Shown in pieces: positions 8,711 to 18,397 of a DNA stretch of 64,000 bases (within the stretch, counting starts at the first letter, position 1; every line of letters starts with the position of its first letter). The position numbers and the translations under genes were made by a program. This DNA comes from Actinomycetota bacterium (lineage in GTDB: Bacteria > Actinomycetota > UBA4738 > HRBIN12), in the NCBI GenBank assembly GCA_034667405.1, contig JAXDJX010000016.1, positions 8,159 to 72,158 of the forward strand, read 5' to 3'. Under the pieces are notes generated by a model. That model had not been told where the DNA came from. It did not search any database and worked only from the letters and a program-made list of their open reading frames with translations.

Positions 8711-10807
8711 TCAGTTGCGCTTGCGGACCAGGTCGAGCAGCAGACCCAGCGTGAAGATGGCACCCACCGCGCCGAGCGTGATCGGCACCCAGGCCGCCAC
8801 CCTGCTCGATGTCGCCACGATCGCGGTGCCCAGGAGCGCCGCGGCGGCCACCACGCCCAGCGCCAATCGCCGTCCGGCCGCGTGCACCGTTCGTTCCAGG
8901 GAGACGGCTCGGAAGTTCACTTCGAGTTTCTGGCCCGGGCGGGCGCCGATGAGCCGTTCCACCGCCTCCACGACCTGGAAGATCCGAACCTTCGCCTTCT
9001 GCGTCTTGTAGAAGAGCGTTTGCGGATCGAAGACCGAGGTGGTCTGCCGGAGCACGGTTCGCATGAGGAATCTGCCCGCCACATCGAACGGGTCGAGGTC
9101 GGGGTCGAGTTGGGCGGCCGCCAGCTGCATCTGTGCCATCGCTTTCGCGGTGAGTGTGAGTGAGGCAGGCAGCGGCACCTCGTAACGGAGGCTGATCTCC
9201 GTCATCTCTTGGAGCACTGGTCCCAGTTGGATGTCTTTCAGCGACGCCGTGCGGTATTTCGCCATGAGGTCGCCGATCTCCGACTGGAACCCTTGGATGT
9301 CCAGGTCGGACTTGCCCATCCCCCCGGCGAGCATCAGGGAGACATCGGTGAGGAAGTCGACGTCCTGCTGCCAGAAGGCGAGCAGCAGGAGCATGAGCTG
9401 CTCGCGCATCTCGGGACCGACCTCGCCCACCATCCCCAGGTCCAAGAGGTAGAGCGTTTCCTCCTCCGGCTGCCACATCAGGTTCCCCGGGTGTGGATCA
9501 GCATGCACGAACCCGTCGACGAGGATCTGCTTGTAGAAGGACTCCAGCAGCTGGCGCGCCGTGTCTTCACGGACCGGTCCCTCGGGGCACTCGGCGATGG
9601 GGACCCCGCCAACGTCGTGCATGACCAATAGCCGCGACGTCGAGTAATCGGGGTGGAACACGGGGACCGCCAGACGGGAGTAGGGCGCGATGACATCGCG
9701 CATCCGGTCCATGTTCTGTGCCTCGATGCGGAAGTCGAGTTCGCGATGGAGCGACTCCGAGAGGTAGTTGAACACCGCCTCCAGGTCGATGACTTGTTTC
9801 AGTGCCTGCCGGTCCCCCGCCTTCTCGGCGAACAGCTGCAAGAGCGCCAGGTCTTGTTCGATGAGTTCGCGAGCGTCGGGACGTTGAACCTTGATCACGA
9901 CTTTTTCCGCGTTCGCGAGAACGGCACGGTGAACCTCCGCGATGGTTCCCGCTGCGAGCGGTTGGGGTTCGATGTGGTCGAAGACGTCTTCCCAGGGGAC
10001 GCCCAACTCCTCCTCCATCACCTTGACCACCTGCTCTTCCGACAGCGGAGGCACGTGGTCTTGCAAGAGCGCCAGCTCGTCGATGAACTCCGGTGGCAGA
10101 AGGTCGGGCCGCGTCGAAAGGATCTGTCCCAGCTTCGCGAACGTCGGTCCCAGTTCTTCCAGCGCCGCGCGCATCCGCTTCGCCTGTCGCTTCCGACCGA
10201 CGGCTCCTTCCTCATCAGGCCTGCCGAACAACTCTTTCAGCCCATGCTTGGCGAACACGGCCGCGATCTTCGTGCCTCGGGCCATCAAACGTGGTTCGGT
10301 GGGCTCCTCGACCCCACCGGCGCGAAGCGCCGTGGCGCGCGTCGTGGCGCGGCTCGGTTGCGCGCTGACCTCCCCGTCGGCCGCCGTGTTGACGATGATG
10401 ACGTGACAGCGAGCGTTGTGGCTGATCCGGTTCGGGACGTTCCCGAGGAGGAACTCCTTGCGTCCGCTCATCCCGGCGTTGCCGACCACCAGCACATCGA
10501 TCCCCGCGTCTTCGGAGGCTTGAACGATGGCCATGGCCGGGTCGTCGCTGACGACCACGCGAGAGGTACCGCGTTCGCCCGCCAGTGCGGTCACATGGTG
10601 TTGAAGGTCGTCGGCCGCCGCGGCCGCCTGGGTTGCCTCGGCTGCCCCGAATTCAGTCGTCGCACGGTTCGTCGGGAAGACGACCTGTACCACGTGAAGT
10701 TCGGCATCGAAGCGCTCCGCGAACGCGGCCGCCCACAGGACCGCGCGCTCGGCGGTCTGGGAACGGTCCGTTCCCACCATGACCCGGGTGACCGGCGTAT
10801 CCATCAT
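8711..10807 (-). CDS. USP domain fused to an ABC1/AarF/UbiB atypical kinase with C-terminal TM helices
   Basis: N-terminal VMVGTD...LVVGNAGMSG...LLGNVPNRISHNARCHVIIV (USP); then GPTFAKLGQ, VIKVQRP, ELDF, HADPHPGN, LDLG (ABC1). The longer ORF call to 11749 crosses a tRNA and is spurious. Confidence 0.9.
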   Translation of the reverse strand: MMDTPVTRVMVGTDRSQTAERAVLWAAAFAERFDAELHVVQVVFPTNRATTEFGAAEATQAAAAADDLQHHVTALAGERGTSRVVVSDDPAMAIVQASEDAGIDVLVVGNAGMSGRKEFLLGNVPNRISHNARCHVIIVNTAADGEVSAQPSRATTRATALRAGGVEEPTEPRLMARGTKIAAVFAKHGLKELFGRPDEEGAVGRKRQAKRMRAALEELGPTFAKLGQILSTRPDLLPPEFIDELALLQDHVPPLSEEQVVKVMEEELGVPWEDVFDHIEPQPLAAGTIAEVHRAVLANAEKVVIKVQRPDARELIEQDLALLQLFAEKAGDRQALKQVIDLEAVFNYLSESLHRELDFRIEAQNMDRMRDVIAPYSRLAVPVFHPDYSTSRLLVMHDVGGVPIAECPEGPVREDTARQLLESFYKQILVDGFVHADPHPGNLMWQPEEETLYLLDLGMVGEVGPEMREQLMLLLLAFWQQDVDFLTDVSLMLAGGMGKSDLDIQGFQSEIGDLMAKYRTASLKDIQLGPVLQEMTEISLRYEVPLPASLTLTAKAMAQMQLAAAQLDPDLDPFDVAGRFLMRTVLRQTTSVFDPQTLFYKTQKAKVRIFQVVEAVERLIGARPGQKLEVNFRAVSLERTVHAAGRRLALGVVAAAALLGTAIVATSSRVAAWVPITLGAVGAIFTLGLLLDLVRKRN

Positions 10808-10879
10808 CGGCGCATCATCGCGCACAAGTGCCCTCATCGACAGGTGTATCTGCCGGCCCGGTAGACTCCCCGATCGGCC

Positions 10880-10951
10880 GCCGGAGTAGCTCAGTGGTAG
10901 AGCAACCGCCTCGTAAGTGGTAGGTCCCGGGTTCAAATCCCGGCTCCGGCT
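10880..10951 (+). tRNA. tRNA-Thr (anticodon CGT)
   Basis: GCCGGAG/CTCCGGC acceptor stem, D arm GCTCAGTGGTAGAGC, anticodon arm ACCGC-CTCGTAA-GTGGT, T loop GGTTCAAATCC; no encoded CCA; TAGACT -10-like element upstream. Confidence 0.95.
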
Positions 10952-11011
10952 CTGGAGGGCAACGCCCGCGGCAAGTTGCCGCAGGGACCGTTCCGTTGCG
11001 AGAATCCGCCC

Positions 11012-11707
11012 GTGAAGACCATAAAGAGATCCCTCGCCGCTCTGTTCGCCTCTTCCATGCTGCTCATCGTCGGGGCGGGGGCGGCGGTCGCACAGATCTC
11101 CCAGGACCCCAACGTCTCCGCCGTCAAGAACAACAGCCCGCTCGGGAACCTCGGCTCCCGGATCTCGATCGCCGAGATCTTCATGATCCTTGCCATCATC
11201 ACCGTCGGTCTGCTCGCGCTCATGTACATCCGCAACGCCCCTCGGTTCGCCTCCGACGAGGACGGGCTGAGCGTCGTGCGGGCCGACCGCGTCGTGGGAG
11301 GCCAGGCGCCCCGGCGCGCCGTGGACGTCTCCCAGGCGGTCCCGATCGTGGTGGCACCGCCGGCCGTGCCTTCTGCGGCAGCCGCCGCGCCACCGGCCGC
11401 CCCCGCGCCACCGGCCGCCCCCGCGCCACCGGGAGCCGCAGCGGACGCGGCGCCCGCGGCTGAAGCACCCGCGACTGCCGCGGCCGAAGCGCCACCGGCA
11501 GCCGACACCGCACCCACGGCGGCACCTCCGCCACCTGCCGCACCACCCGCGGCGCGCCCGGAGGTTTCGCTGGATCAGGAAGTCTTCGACAAGAAGCTCG
11601 AAGAGCTGCTCGCGGCCGGCACCGACCGCCGCGTGGCCGAGGGACAAGCGCGACGCGCCGCCATGATAGCGGCCCGCAAGAAGGCCGAAGCCGAAGGCGC
11701 AGGCTAG
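11012..11707 (+). CDS. Hypothetical membrane protein with a Pro/Ala-rich linker and charged C-terminal helical motif
   Basis: Signal-like N-terminus, second TM, PA-rich region, C-terminal DQEVFDKKLEELLAAGTDRRVAEGQARRAA. Confidence 0.75.
   Translation: MKTIKRSLAALFASSMLLIVGAGAAVAQISQDPNVSAVKNNSPLGNLGSRISIAEIFMILAIITVGLLALMYIRNAPRFASDEDGLSVVRADRVVGGQAPRRAVDVSQAVPIVVAPPAVPSAAAAAPPAAPAPPAAPAPPGAAADAAPAAEAPATAAAEAPPAADTAPTAAPPPPAAPPAARPEVSLDQEVFDKKLEELLAAGTDRRVAEGQARRAAMIAARKKAEAEGAG
11387..11432 (+). repeat. In-frame 18-bp tandem repeat (GCGCCACCGGCCGCCCCC, about 2.5 copies)
   Basis: Seen directly; encodes APPAAP repeats of the Pro/Ala linker. Confidence 0.7.
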
Positions 11708-11711
11708 GTCC

Positions 11712-12794
11712 GTGCCTCCCGCCGACGCAACGGACGTCGACTGGTCCATGGGCTCTCAGGCGGCCCGCCTCGCCGACTGGGACACCGCCCAGCAGATCGG
11801 GCGCCGGGTCGCCGGGCCCGGTGTTCCCGTCCCCGCCGCGGATCGCGCGCGTATGCGGGAGGACCTTGCCGGCTTGGTCCCTCACGCCGAGGACCTCATC
11901 AAGGACTTCACGGGGATGACCGTCGATGGGTTCCCTTCGCGGGCGTGGGCCATGTCTCGCAGCGAATGGACCCGCGCGAACCTCGCCGGCGTCCAGCGGC
12001 TCATCGAACCCCTGGCCGGCCGGATCCTCGAGGCTCGCCCGGAGCGCGCCGACTTCCGCCGCAAAGCGCTCGGCGCCCAGATCGGTGTGCTGCTCGGGTA
12101 CGTGAGCAAGAAGGTGCTCGGCCAGTACGACGTCTTCTTGCCGCCCGACGACGAGGGACTCCTGTACTTCGTCGGCCCGAACATCATCGAGGCGGAGCAG
12201 CGCTTCAACCTGGTGCCGCGTGACTTCCGGCTGTGGATCGCCATCCATGAAGTGACGCACCGCGTGCAGTTCGGCGCGGCGCCGTGGCTCCGGGCCCACC
12301 TCTCCGGGATGGTGGACGCCTACCTGGACTCGATCAGCCTCGATTCGCACGAACTCATGGATCAGCTCCGTCGCGCCGCCGAGCAGGTGAGGTCCGGCGC
12401 GGACTGGCGCGGTCAGGGCGCGGTCGAGCTCCTCCTCAACGACACGCAACGCGAACTCTTCACCCACATGCAAGGCTTGATGTCGCTGCTCGAAGGGCAC
12501 GCGTCGTTCGTCATGAACGACGTGGCCCGGGCGAACGTTCCCGACGTCGACCGGATGCGCCGGGCGCTCCAGGCTCGGCGCAAGACGGGCGGGGTAGAGA
12601 AGACCTTCCAGCGCGTCATCGGCTTCGACCAGAAGATCGCGCAGTACGACGCCGGCGAGCGGTTCGTTCGACAGGTCTGGGAGCGGGCTGGGATGGACGG
12701 GCTGAACCTGGTCTGGCGCAGCGCCGACGATCTGCCTTCGCTCGAGGACATCCGCAACCCCGAACGCTGGCTCGCGAGGGTCGCGGGGCTGTAG
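11712..12794 (+). CDS. Zinc-dependent metalloprotease (Zincin_2 / DUF2342 type)
   Basis: HEVTH HExxH motif, VLGQYD, MSLLEGHA; typical actinobacterial position upstream of tilS. Confidence 0.88.
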   Translation: MPPADATDVDWSMGSQAARLADWDTAQQIGRRVAGPGVPVPAADRARMREDLAGLVPHAEDLIKDFTGMTVDGFPSRAWAMSRSEWTRANLAGVQRLIEPLAGRILEARPERADFRRKALGAQIGVLLGYVSKKVLGQYDVFLPPDDEGLLYFVGPNIIEAEQRFNLVPRDFRLWIAIHEVTHRVQFGAAPWLRAHLSGMVDAYLDSISLDSHELMDQLRRAAEQVRSGADWRGQGAVELLLNDTQRELFTHMQGLMSLLEGHASFVMNDVARANVPDVDRMRRALQARRKTGGVEKTFQRVIGFDQKIAQYDAGERFVRQVWERAGMDGLNLVWRSADDLPSLEDIRNPERWLARVAGL

Positions 12795-13799
12795 ATGACC
12801 GCGGCGGCCGGGCGCTCGAAGCCGCCGGCACTCGCCCGTGTTCTCGAGCGCGTCACCGCAACGGTGCGCGCCCACCACCTGGTGACGCCCGGCCAGACCG
12901 TGCTGCTCTGTGTCTCGGGAGGCCCCGATTCGGTGTGCTTGGTGGAGACGTTGGTTCGGCTTCGGAGGCTGTTCAAGATGCGTCTGGAGATCTTCCATCT
13001 GGATCACCGGCTCCGAGACGGATCCTCGGCCGACGCCGACTACGTGGAGCGCTTAGCCGCCAGGCACGGACTTCCTTACCACCTCAGGGTCGCCACCGAA
13101 CGCCCGGCCCGCGGCGTGTCCGTCGAGGCGTGGGCTCGAGATCAGCGGATGGCGGCCTCGGAGGAGGTCGCCGACCGGATCGGAGCAGAACGGATCGCCG
13201 AGGGTCACACCATGGACGACCAGGCGGAAACCGTGCTGATCGCGTTGGTCCGCGGCGGTGGGTTGGAGGCGTTGGCCGGTATCGCCCCGATGGTTGGCCG
13301 CGATATCCAGCCCCTGCTGGACGTGACCAGGGCCGAGGTTGAGGGGGCCTGCCGTTCCCTTCGTCTGCGCCCACGGACCGATCCGACCAATGCCGACACC
13401 CGACTATTGCGAAACGCCATCCGTCTCATCGGGCTCCCCGCCCTGGAAGCAGCCACCGGTCGGGAACTCGGTGCCACCATCGCCCGGACCGCAGGGCATC
13501 TGCGAGGCGATGCGCGTGAACTCGCCGAGCAGGCCGAGCGCGCGACCGATCGCATCACGAAGGACACCGCCGGGGGCTTGACGCTTCATGTCGACGCACT
13601 CCTCGATCTTCCCGAAGCCATCGGAGCGAGGGTCGTTCGGATCTCGCTGTACCGGCTGGGGATCCTTCCCACGCACACCGACATCGAGGCCGTTCTGGAC
13701 CTCGCCGTCGGGAGGCCCGGACGGCACCGGGATCTGACCGCGTCGGCGACCGCCCGACGAACGGCCTCGACCGTGGAGCTGTTCGCGCCGCAGAGGTAG
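12795..13799 (+). CDS. tilS: tRNA(Ile)-lysidine synthetase
   Basis: SGGPDS PP-loop, DHRLR, GHTMDDQAET, DPTN; upstream of hpt and ftsH. Confidence 0.95.
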   Translation: MTAAAGRSKPPALARVLERVTATVRAHHLVTPGQTVLLCVSGGPDSVCLVETLVRLRRLFKMRLEIFHLDHRLRDGSSADADYVERLAARHGLPYHLRVATERPARGVSVEAWARDQRMAASEEVADRIGAERIAEGHTMDDQAETVLIALVRGGGLEALAGIAPMVGRDIQPLLDVTRAEVEGACRSLRLRPRTDPTNADTRLLRNAIRLIGLPALEAATGRELGATIARTAGHLRGDARELAEQAERATDRITKDTAGGLTLHVDALLDLPEAIGARVVRISLYRLGILPTHTDIEAVLDLAVGRPGRHRDLTASATARRTASTVELFAPQR

Positions 13800-13852
13800 T
13801 CGCACCCGGCACTCCGACGCCTGTCGTCGTGACCCCTACACTGTGGCCTCTT

Positions 13853-14404
13853 ATGGATGCCTACTCCGCCGACATCGACCGCGTCCTGGTCAGCGCAGAA
13901 GAGATCCAGGCCAAGTTGGCGCAGATGGGCCAACAGATCACGAAGGACTACGCAGGAAGACCGCTCCTCCTTGTCGGCGTGCTCAAAGGAGCGTTCGTCG
14001 TCATGGCCGATCTCGCGCGCCAGATCGGGTTGCCACTGGAGTTCGATTTCATGGCGGTCTCCTCCTACGGGGCGGCCACGAAGACCTCGGGCGTCGTGCG
14101 GATCCTCAAGGACCTCGACCACGACCTCGAGGGGCGCGACGTTCTCATCGTCGAAGACATCATCGACTCAGGTCTCACCTTGAAATACCTCCTGAAGAGC
14201 CTCGCCGGACGCAAGCCCGCGAGCCTCGAGGTAGCGGCGCTCCTACGAAAGCAAGGCATCCAACAGGTCGAACTCGACCTCCGCTACGTCGGCTTCGATA
14301 TCCCGAACGAATTCGTCGTGGGGTACGGACTCGATTTCGCCGAGCGCTACCGGAACCTCCCCTACGTCGCCACCCTGAGGCCCGAGTTCTACGAAGGCAT
14401 CTGA
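13853..14404 (+). CDS. hpt: Hypoxanthine phosphoribosyltransferase
   Basis: VLKGA, VSSYG, IVEDIIDSGLTL PRPP motif, FVVGYGLD, YRNLP. Confidence 0.97.
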   Translation: MDAYSADIDRVLVSAEEIQAKLAQMGQQITKDYAGRPLLLVGVLKGAFVVMADLARQIGLPLEFDFMAVSSYGAATKTSGVVRILKDLDHDLEGRDVLIVEDIIDSGLTLKYLLKSLAGRKPASLEVAALLRKQGIQQVELDLRYVGFDIPNEFVVGYGLDFAERYRNLPYVATLRPEFYEGI

Positions 14405-14410
14405 CCTGCG

Positions 14411-14437
14411 GGAACCCTCCGGCAACCCCGGCTCGTC
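14411..14437 (+). promoter_or_regulatory. Candidate ECF-sigma promoter GGAACC-N17-CGTC
   Basis: Resembles the GGAAC...CGT consensus of ECF promoters; ends 8 nt upstream of the lipoprotein ATG. Confidence 0.35.
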
Positions 14438-14445
14438 GTAGACAG

Positions 14446-14832
14446 ATGCGTGGGACAACCTTCGCCCTGATCCTGCTTCTCGGACTGATCGCCTGCTCCA
14501 ACGGCGCGGCCCCCGACGCCGGGCTCACCTCCGGAGTCCGGGGAACCGTGACCGTCGGCCCCCAGTGCCCGGTGGTCCGCGCGGAATCGCCGTGCCCCGA
14601 CACACCGTTCGACGGGAAGGTGCGGGCCGTGCAAGGGCAGGATGATGTCGTTGCCGAGGTCCAGGTGGACGTCGATGGGGGCTACCGGATCCCGTTGGAA
14701 CCCGGAACCTACGTGGTGATGGCCGTGGTTCCGGGTGACGGCGGCCTTCCTACAGCGACCCCGAAGACAGTCGTTGTTCGGACGGGCGCATTCACGCAGG
14801 CCGACCTGAGTGTCGACACCGGCATCCGCTGA
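14446..14832 (+). CDS. Putative lipoprotein (carboxypeptidase-regulatory-like beta domain)
   Basis: Lipobox LIAC; GPQCPV...PC, GGYRIPLEPGTY, C-terminal DTGIR. Confidence 0.75.
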   Translation: MRGTTFALILLLGLIACSNGAAPDAGLTSGVRGTVTVGPQCPVVRAESPCPDTPFDGKVRAVQGQDDVVAEVQVDVDGGYRIPLEPGTYVVMAVVPGDGGLPTATPKTVVVRTGAFTQADLSVDTGIR

Positions 14833-14937
14833 TCGGGGGAGTCCCCTTGTCGGTAGCCAGTGCTACCATCGCGAACGGGCTGGTCGGCGGGGTGGGCCGA
14901 CGGCCCTGACCCATCTTCACCTCCAGGGAGAGCGCCG

Positions 14938-16860
14938 CTGAGCACGCCGGAATCGCCGTACAAACGGATCTCCAAGATCCCTACCCTGTGGATCTTCGGC
15001 GGGATCATCCTGTTGGTCGTCGGGCTCTCGCTGTTCAACCGGCCCGTCACCGGTAAGACGCTGACGCTTGCGCAGTTCGAGGACGGGCTGCAGAGCGGCC
15101 AGATACGTACCGCCACGTTCTACGAGCGCGATCAGGTGATCCGCGGAGAATTCGTCGCAGGCGGCCAGTACGTGACCACCCCGTATCCGGTCGACGCCGA
15201 ACACGATCTCTACCTCGAGATGAAGGACGTCGGCGTGGTGGCCCCCGCCGACCCGCAGCCCGAGAACCCCTTGATCGGATTGCTCTATTACCTCCTGCCC
15301 ATCGTCCTGGTCGGTGGTCTCGTCCTGTTCATGCTGAATCGAACCCAGGGCGCCGGCGGCCGAGTGATGCAGTTCAGTCGGAGCAAGCACCGTGTCGTGA
15401 ACAAGGACCTGCCCAAGACCACGTTCGACGATGTTGCCGGTGTCGACGAGGCCATCGAGGAACTCGAGGAGGTCAAGGACTTCCTGAGCGAGCCGGCCAA
15501 GTTCCAGGCGATGGGCGCGAAGATCCCGCGCGGCGTCCTGCTCTTCGGACCGCCGGGAACGGGCAAGACGCTGCTTGCTCGCGCGGTCGCCGGTGAGGCG
15601 GGTGTTCCCTTCTTCACCATCAGTGGGTCGGATTTCGTTGAGATGTTCGTGGGCGTTGGCGCGGCGCGGGTTCGCGACCTGTTCGAGCAGGCGAAGGCAT
15701 CTGCGCCCGCCATCGTGTTCATCGATGAGATCGACGCGGTGGGGCGACACCGGGGTGCGGGACTCGGCGGTGGCCACGACGAACGTGAACAGACGTTGAA
15801 CCAGTTGTTGGTGGAGATGGACGGGTTCGATCAGCGTTCCACCGTCATCCTCATGGCGGCGACCAATCGTCCGGACATCCTGGATCCTGCGCTCCTGCGG
15901 CCCGGGAGGTTCGATCGCCAGGTGGTCGTGGACCGGCCGGATCTGGAGGGTCGCAAAGCCATCCTGCGCGTTCACGCCCGCGGGAAACCGCTCGACCGTT
16001 CGGTCGATCTGACGGTACTCGCCCGCCGTACGCCTGGCTTCACCGGTGCCGATCTCGCGAACGTGATCAACGAGTCCGCGCTGCTCGCCGCGCGCCGGTC
16101 CAAGCGCGCCATCTCCATGCTCGAGGTGGAGGAAGCCGTCGACCGTGTCATGGCCGGCCCGGAACGCAAAACCAAGATCATGGACGAGAAGGAGCGGCGG
16201 CTCATCGCCTACCACGAAGGCGGCCACGCTCTCGTGGCGCACGTCCTGCCCAACACCGACGAGGTTCACAAGATCACGGTGATCCCGCGTGGACGCGCGC
16301 TCGGCTACACGCTCACCCTTCCGGAGCAGGACAAGTTCCTCATGACGCGCGAACAGCTCCGCGACGAGCTCGCGATGCTCATGGGCGGCCGGGTCGCCGA
16401 GGAGATCATCGCGGGCGACATCACCACCGGCGCCGGCAACGACATCGAGCGCGCCACGAAGGTAGCTCGTCAGATGGTCACGGAGTACGGCATGTCGGAC
16501 ACCATCGGTCCGCGCACGCTCGGACAGAAACAGGGCGAGGTGTTCCTGGGCCGCGACTGGGGCTCGACGCCCGACTACTCCGAGACCGTCGCGTATGAGA
16601 TCGACACCGAGATCCGGCAGCTCATCGACGAAGCCCACGACGTGGCTCTGGAGATCCTCAACGAACACCGGGTCAAGTTGGACCGGCTCGCGGAACTGCT
16701 GGTGCAGAAGGAGACGCTGGATCGCGATGAGGTAGCCGCCTTCTTCTCCGACATCCCCAAGCGAGCTCCGCGCGAACCCGAGGTTCGGGGCGCGGCCCTC
16801 GCCGTGTCACGTCAGGCCCAGCGCCACGAGGGATCTCCTCCGCCGGACTATCGCACCTAA
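14938..16860 (+). CDS. ftsH: ATP-dependent zinc metalloprotease FtsH
   Basis: Two TMs, [31 protein letters not shown]. Start uncertain (CTG 14938 after GGGAG, versus GTG 14860). Confidence 0.97.
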   Translation: MSTPESPYKRISKIPTLWIFGGIILLVVGLSLFNRPVTGKTLTLAQFEDGLQSGQIRTATFYERDQVIRGEFVAGGQYVTTPYPVDAEHDLYLEMKDVGVVAPADPQPENPLIGLLYYLLPIVLVGGLVLFMLNRTQGAGGRVMQFSRSKHRVVNKDLPKTTFDDVAGVDEAIEELEEVKDFLSEPAKFQAMGAKIPRGVLLFGPPGTGKTLLARAVAGEAGVPFFTISGSDFVEMFVGVGAARVRDLFEQAKASAPAIVFIDEIDAVGRHRGAGLGGGHDEREQTLNQLLVEMDGFDQRSTVILMAATNRPDILDPALLRPGRFDRQVVVDRPDLEGRKAILRVHARGKPLDRSVDLTVLARRTPGFTGADLANVINESALLAARRSKRAISMLEVEEAVDRVMAGPERKTKIMDEKERRLIAYHEGGHALVAHVLPNTDEVHKITVIPRGRALGYTLTLPEQDKFLMTREQLRDELAMLMGGRVAEEIIAGDITTGAGNDIERATKVARQMVTEYGMSDTIGPRTLGQKQGEVFLGRDWGSTPDYSETVAYEIDTEIRQLIDEAHDVALEILNEHRVKLDRLAELLVQKETLDRDEVAAFFSDIPKRAPREPEVRGAALAVSRQAQRHEGSPPPDYRT

Positions 16861-16929
16861 CGGCAACGGGCCCGAACCGCCTACCTAGCCGGTTCGCGCG
16901 TTGCCGAGGCTGGCCGGTAGCATCGGGCA

Positions 16930-17499
16930 ATGGGATTCGACGACGGAAAGATCGAACAGGGTGTACGGCTGATCTTGGAAGGGATCGGGGAAGACCCCGG
17001 CCGGGGCGGGCTGAAGGAGACTCCATCGCGCGTTGCGCGCATGTACCGGGAGATCTGCGGAGGCATCGACGTCGACCCCGAGGCGCTCGTCACCGTCGTC
17101 GAGGGGGCCGACTTCGACGAGATGATCATGGTCCGCGACATCCCTCTCAGTTCCCTGTGCGAGCATCACATGATCCCCTTCAACGGACGCGCGCACGTCG
17201 CCTACATCCCGAACAAGTCTCATCAGATCACCGGCCTGTCGAAGATCGCCCGCGTCGTGGACACCTTGTCCAAGCGACTCCAGGTGCAGGAACGTCTGAC
17301 CACGCAGATCGCCGACGCGATCGACGCGGCGCTCAGCCCTCGCGGTGTCTTCGTTGTGATCGAGGCCGAACACCTGTGCATGACCATGCGGGGCGTGAAG
17401 AAACCAGGTTCGACGACGGTGACGTCCTCGGTCCGAGGGTTGTTCAGAACCGATGCGCGAACACGCCAAGAGGCGATGGACCACATCGGTATGCACTGA
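16930..17499 (+). CDS. folE: GTP cyclohydrolase I
   Basis: CEHH, GLSK, LQVQERLT, HLCM...RG motifs. Confidence 0.97.
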   Translation: MGFDDGKIEQGVRLILEGIGEDPGRGGLKETPSRVARMYREICGGIDVDPEALVTVVEGADFDEMIMVRDIPLSSLCEHHMIPFNGRAHVAYIPNKSHQITGLSKIARVVDTLSKRLQVQERLTTQIADAIDAALSPRGVFVVIEAEHLCMTMRGVKKPGSTTVTSSVRGLFRTDARTRQEAMDHIGMH

Positions 17500-17530
17500 C
17501 GATCCGTCGAGCCGGGCTACCATGCTGGGC

Positions 17531-18397
17531 ATGACGGGGCCTCGCGTCTGGCGGTGTGGTACGTACGAACTGGAACTCGACGTGCGCACGCTGCTCATGG
17601 GCATCGTGAACGTCACGCCGGATTCCTTCAGCGACGGCGGGATGTTCGGTGACGACGCCGACGCCGCCATCCGCCACGGGGTCGGTCTCGCCACGGTTGG
17701 TGCGGACATCCTCGACGTCGGCGGCGAGTCCACCCGTCCGGGTGCGGACCCCGTTCCCGAAGCCATCGAGCTCGAACGCGTGGTTCCCGTCATCGAAGGA
17801 TTGGTCAAGTTGGTTGACGTGCCCGTCTCCGTGGACACCCGCAAACCGGCCGTGGCGCGCGCCGCGCTGGAGGCGGGAGCGTCGATCGTCAACGACATCT
17901 CCGCCGCCGCTGCCCCCGGGATGTTCGATGTCGTGAGGGAGAACGGCGCCGGTCTGGTCCTCATGCATATGCAGGGGCAACCCAAGACCATGCAATCGGC
18001 CCCGACGTACGGCGATGTGATCGCCGAAGTCCGGGGGTTCCTGGCGGATCGGATCGGGGCTGCCGTTGGCGCCGGCGTGCCGCGCACGCGTATCTGTGTC
18101 GATCCAGGGATCGGCTTCGGCAAATCGATGGAGCACAACCTGGCGCTTCTCCGTGGGATCGGCGGGCTGCACGAACTTCGCGTGCCAGTCATGGTGGGCG
18201 TGTCGCGCAAACGCTTCATCGGTGTCCTCTCGGGCGCCGAAGAGCCGGAGGACAGGGTGGAGGGAACGGCCGGAGCCGTCGCGTGGTGCGCGACCCAAGG
18301 CGTCGACCTGGTGCGGGTCCACGACGTGCTCGAGATGACGCGGGTTCTTCGCGTCGTGGACGCCCTCTCGCGGGTCCATCAGAAGGACGGAGGCTGA
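17531..18397 (+). CDS. folP: Dihydropteroate synthase
   Basis: NVTPDSFSDGG, GGESTRPG, DPGIGFGK, SRKRF, RVHDV. Confidence 0.97.
   Translation: MTGPRVWRCGTYELELDVRTLLMGIVNVTPDSFSDGGMFGDDADAAIRHGVGLATVGADILDVGGESTRPGADPVPEAIELERVVPVIEGLVKLVDVPVSVDTRKPAVARAALEAGASIVNDISAAAAPGMFDVVRENGAGLVLMHMQGQPKTMQSAPTYGDVIAEVRGFLADRIGAAVGAGVPRTRICVDPGIGFGKSMEHNLALLRGIGGLHELRVPVMVGVSRKRFIGVLSGAEEPEDRVEGTAGAVAWCATQGVDLVRVHDVLEMTRVLRVVDALSRVHQKDGG

Noticed and set aside
10880-10951. tRNA-Thr genes as possible island integration sites (also 36689..36762)
   Set aside because: No integrase, no duplicated tRNA 3' end and no obvious compositional break found.
11387-11432. Short direct repeats as a possible CRISPR or mobile repeat
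   Set aside because: In-frame coding repeat without spacers; no cas genes in the window.
10808-11749. N-terminal extension of the 1012-aa ORF 8711..11749
   Set aside because: It runs antisense across tRNA-Thr and a real plus-strand gene, and the translation is low-complexity Arg/Gly; the real protein starts near 10807.
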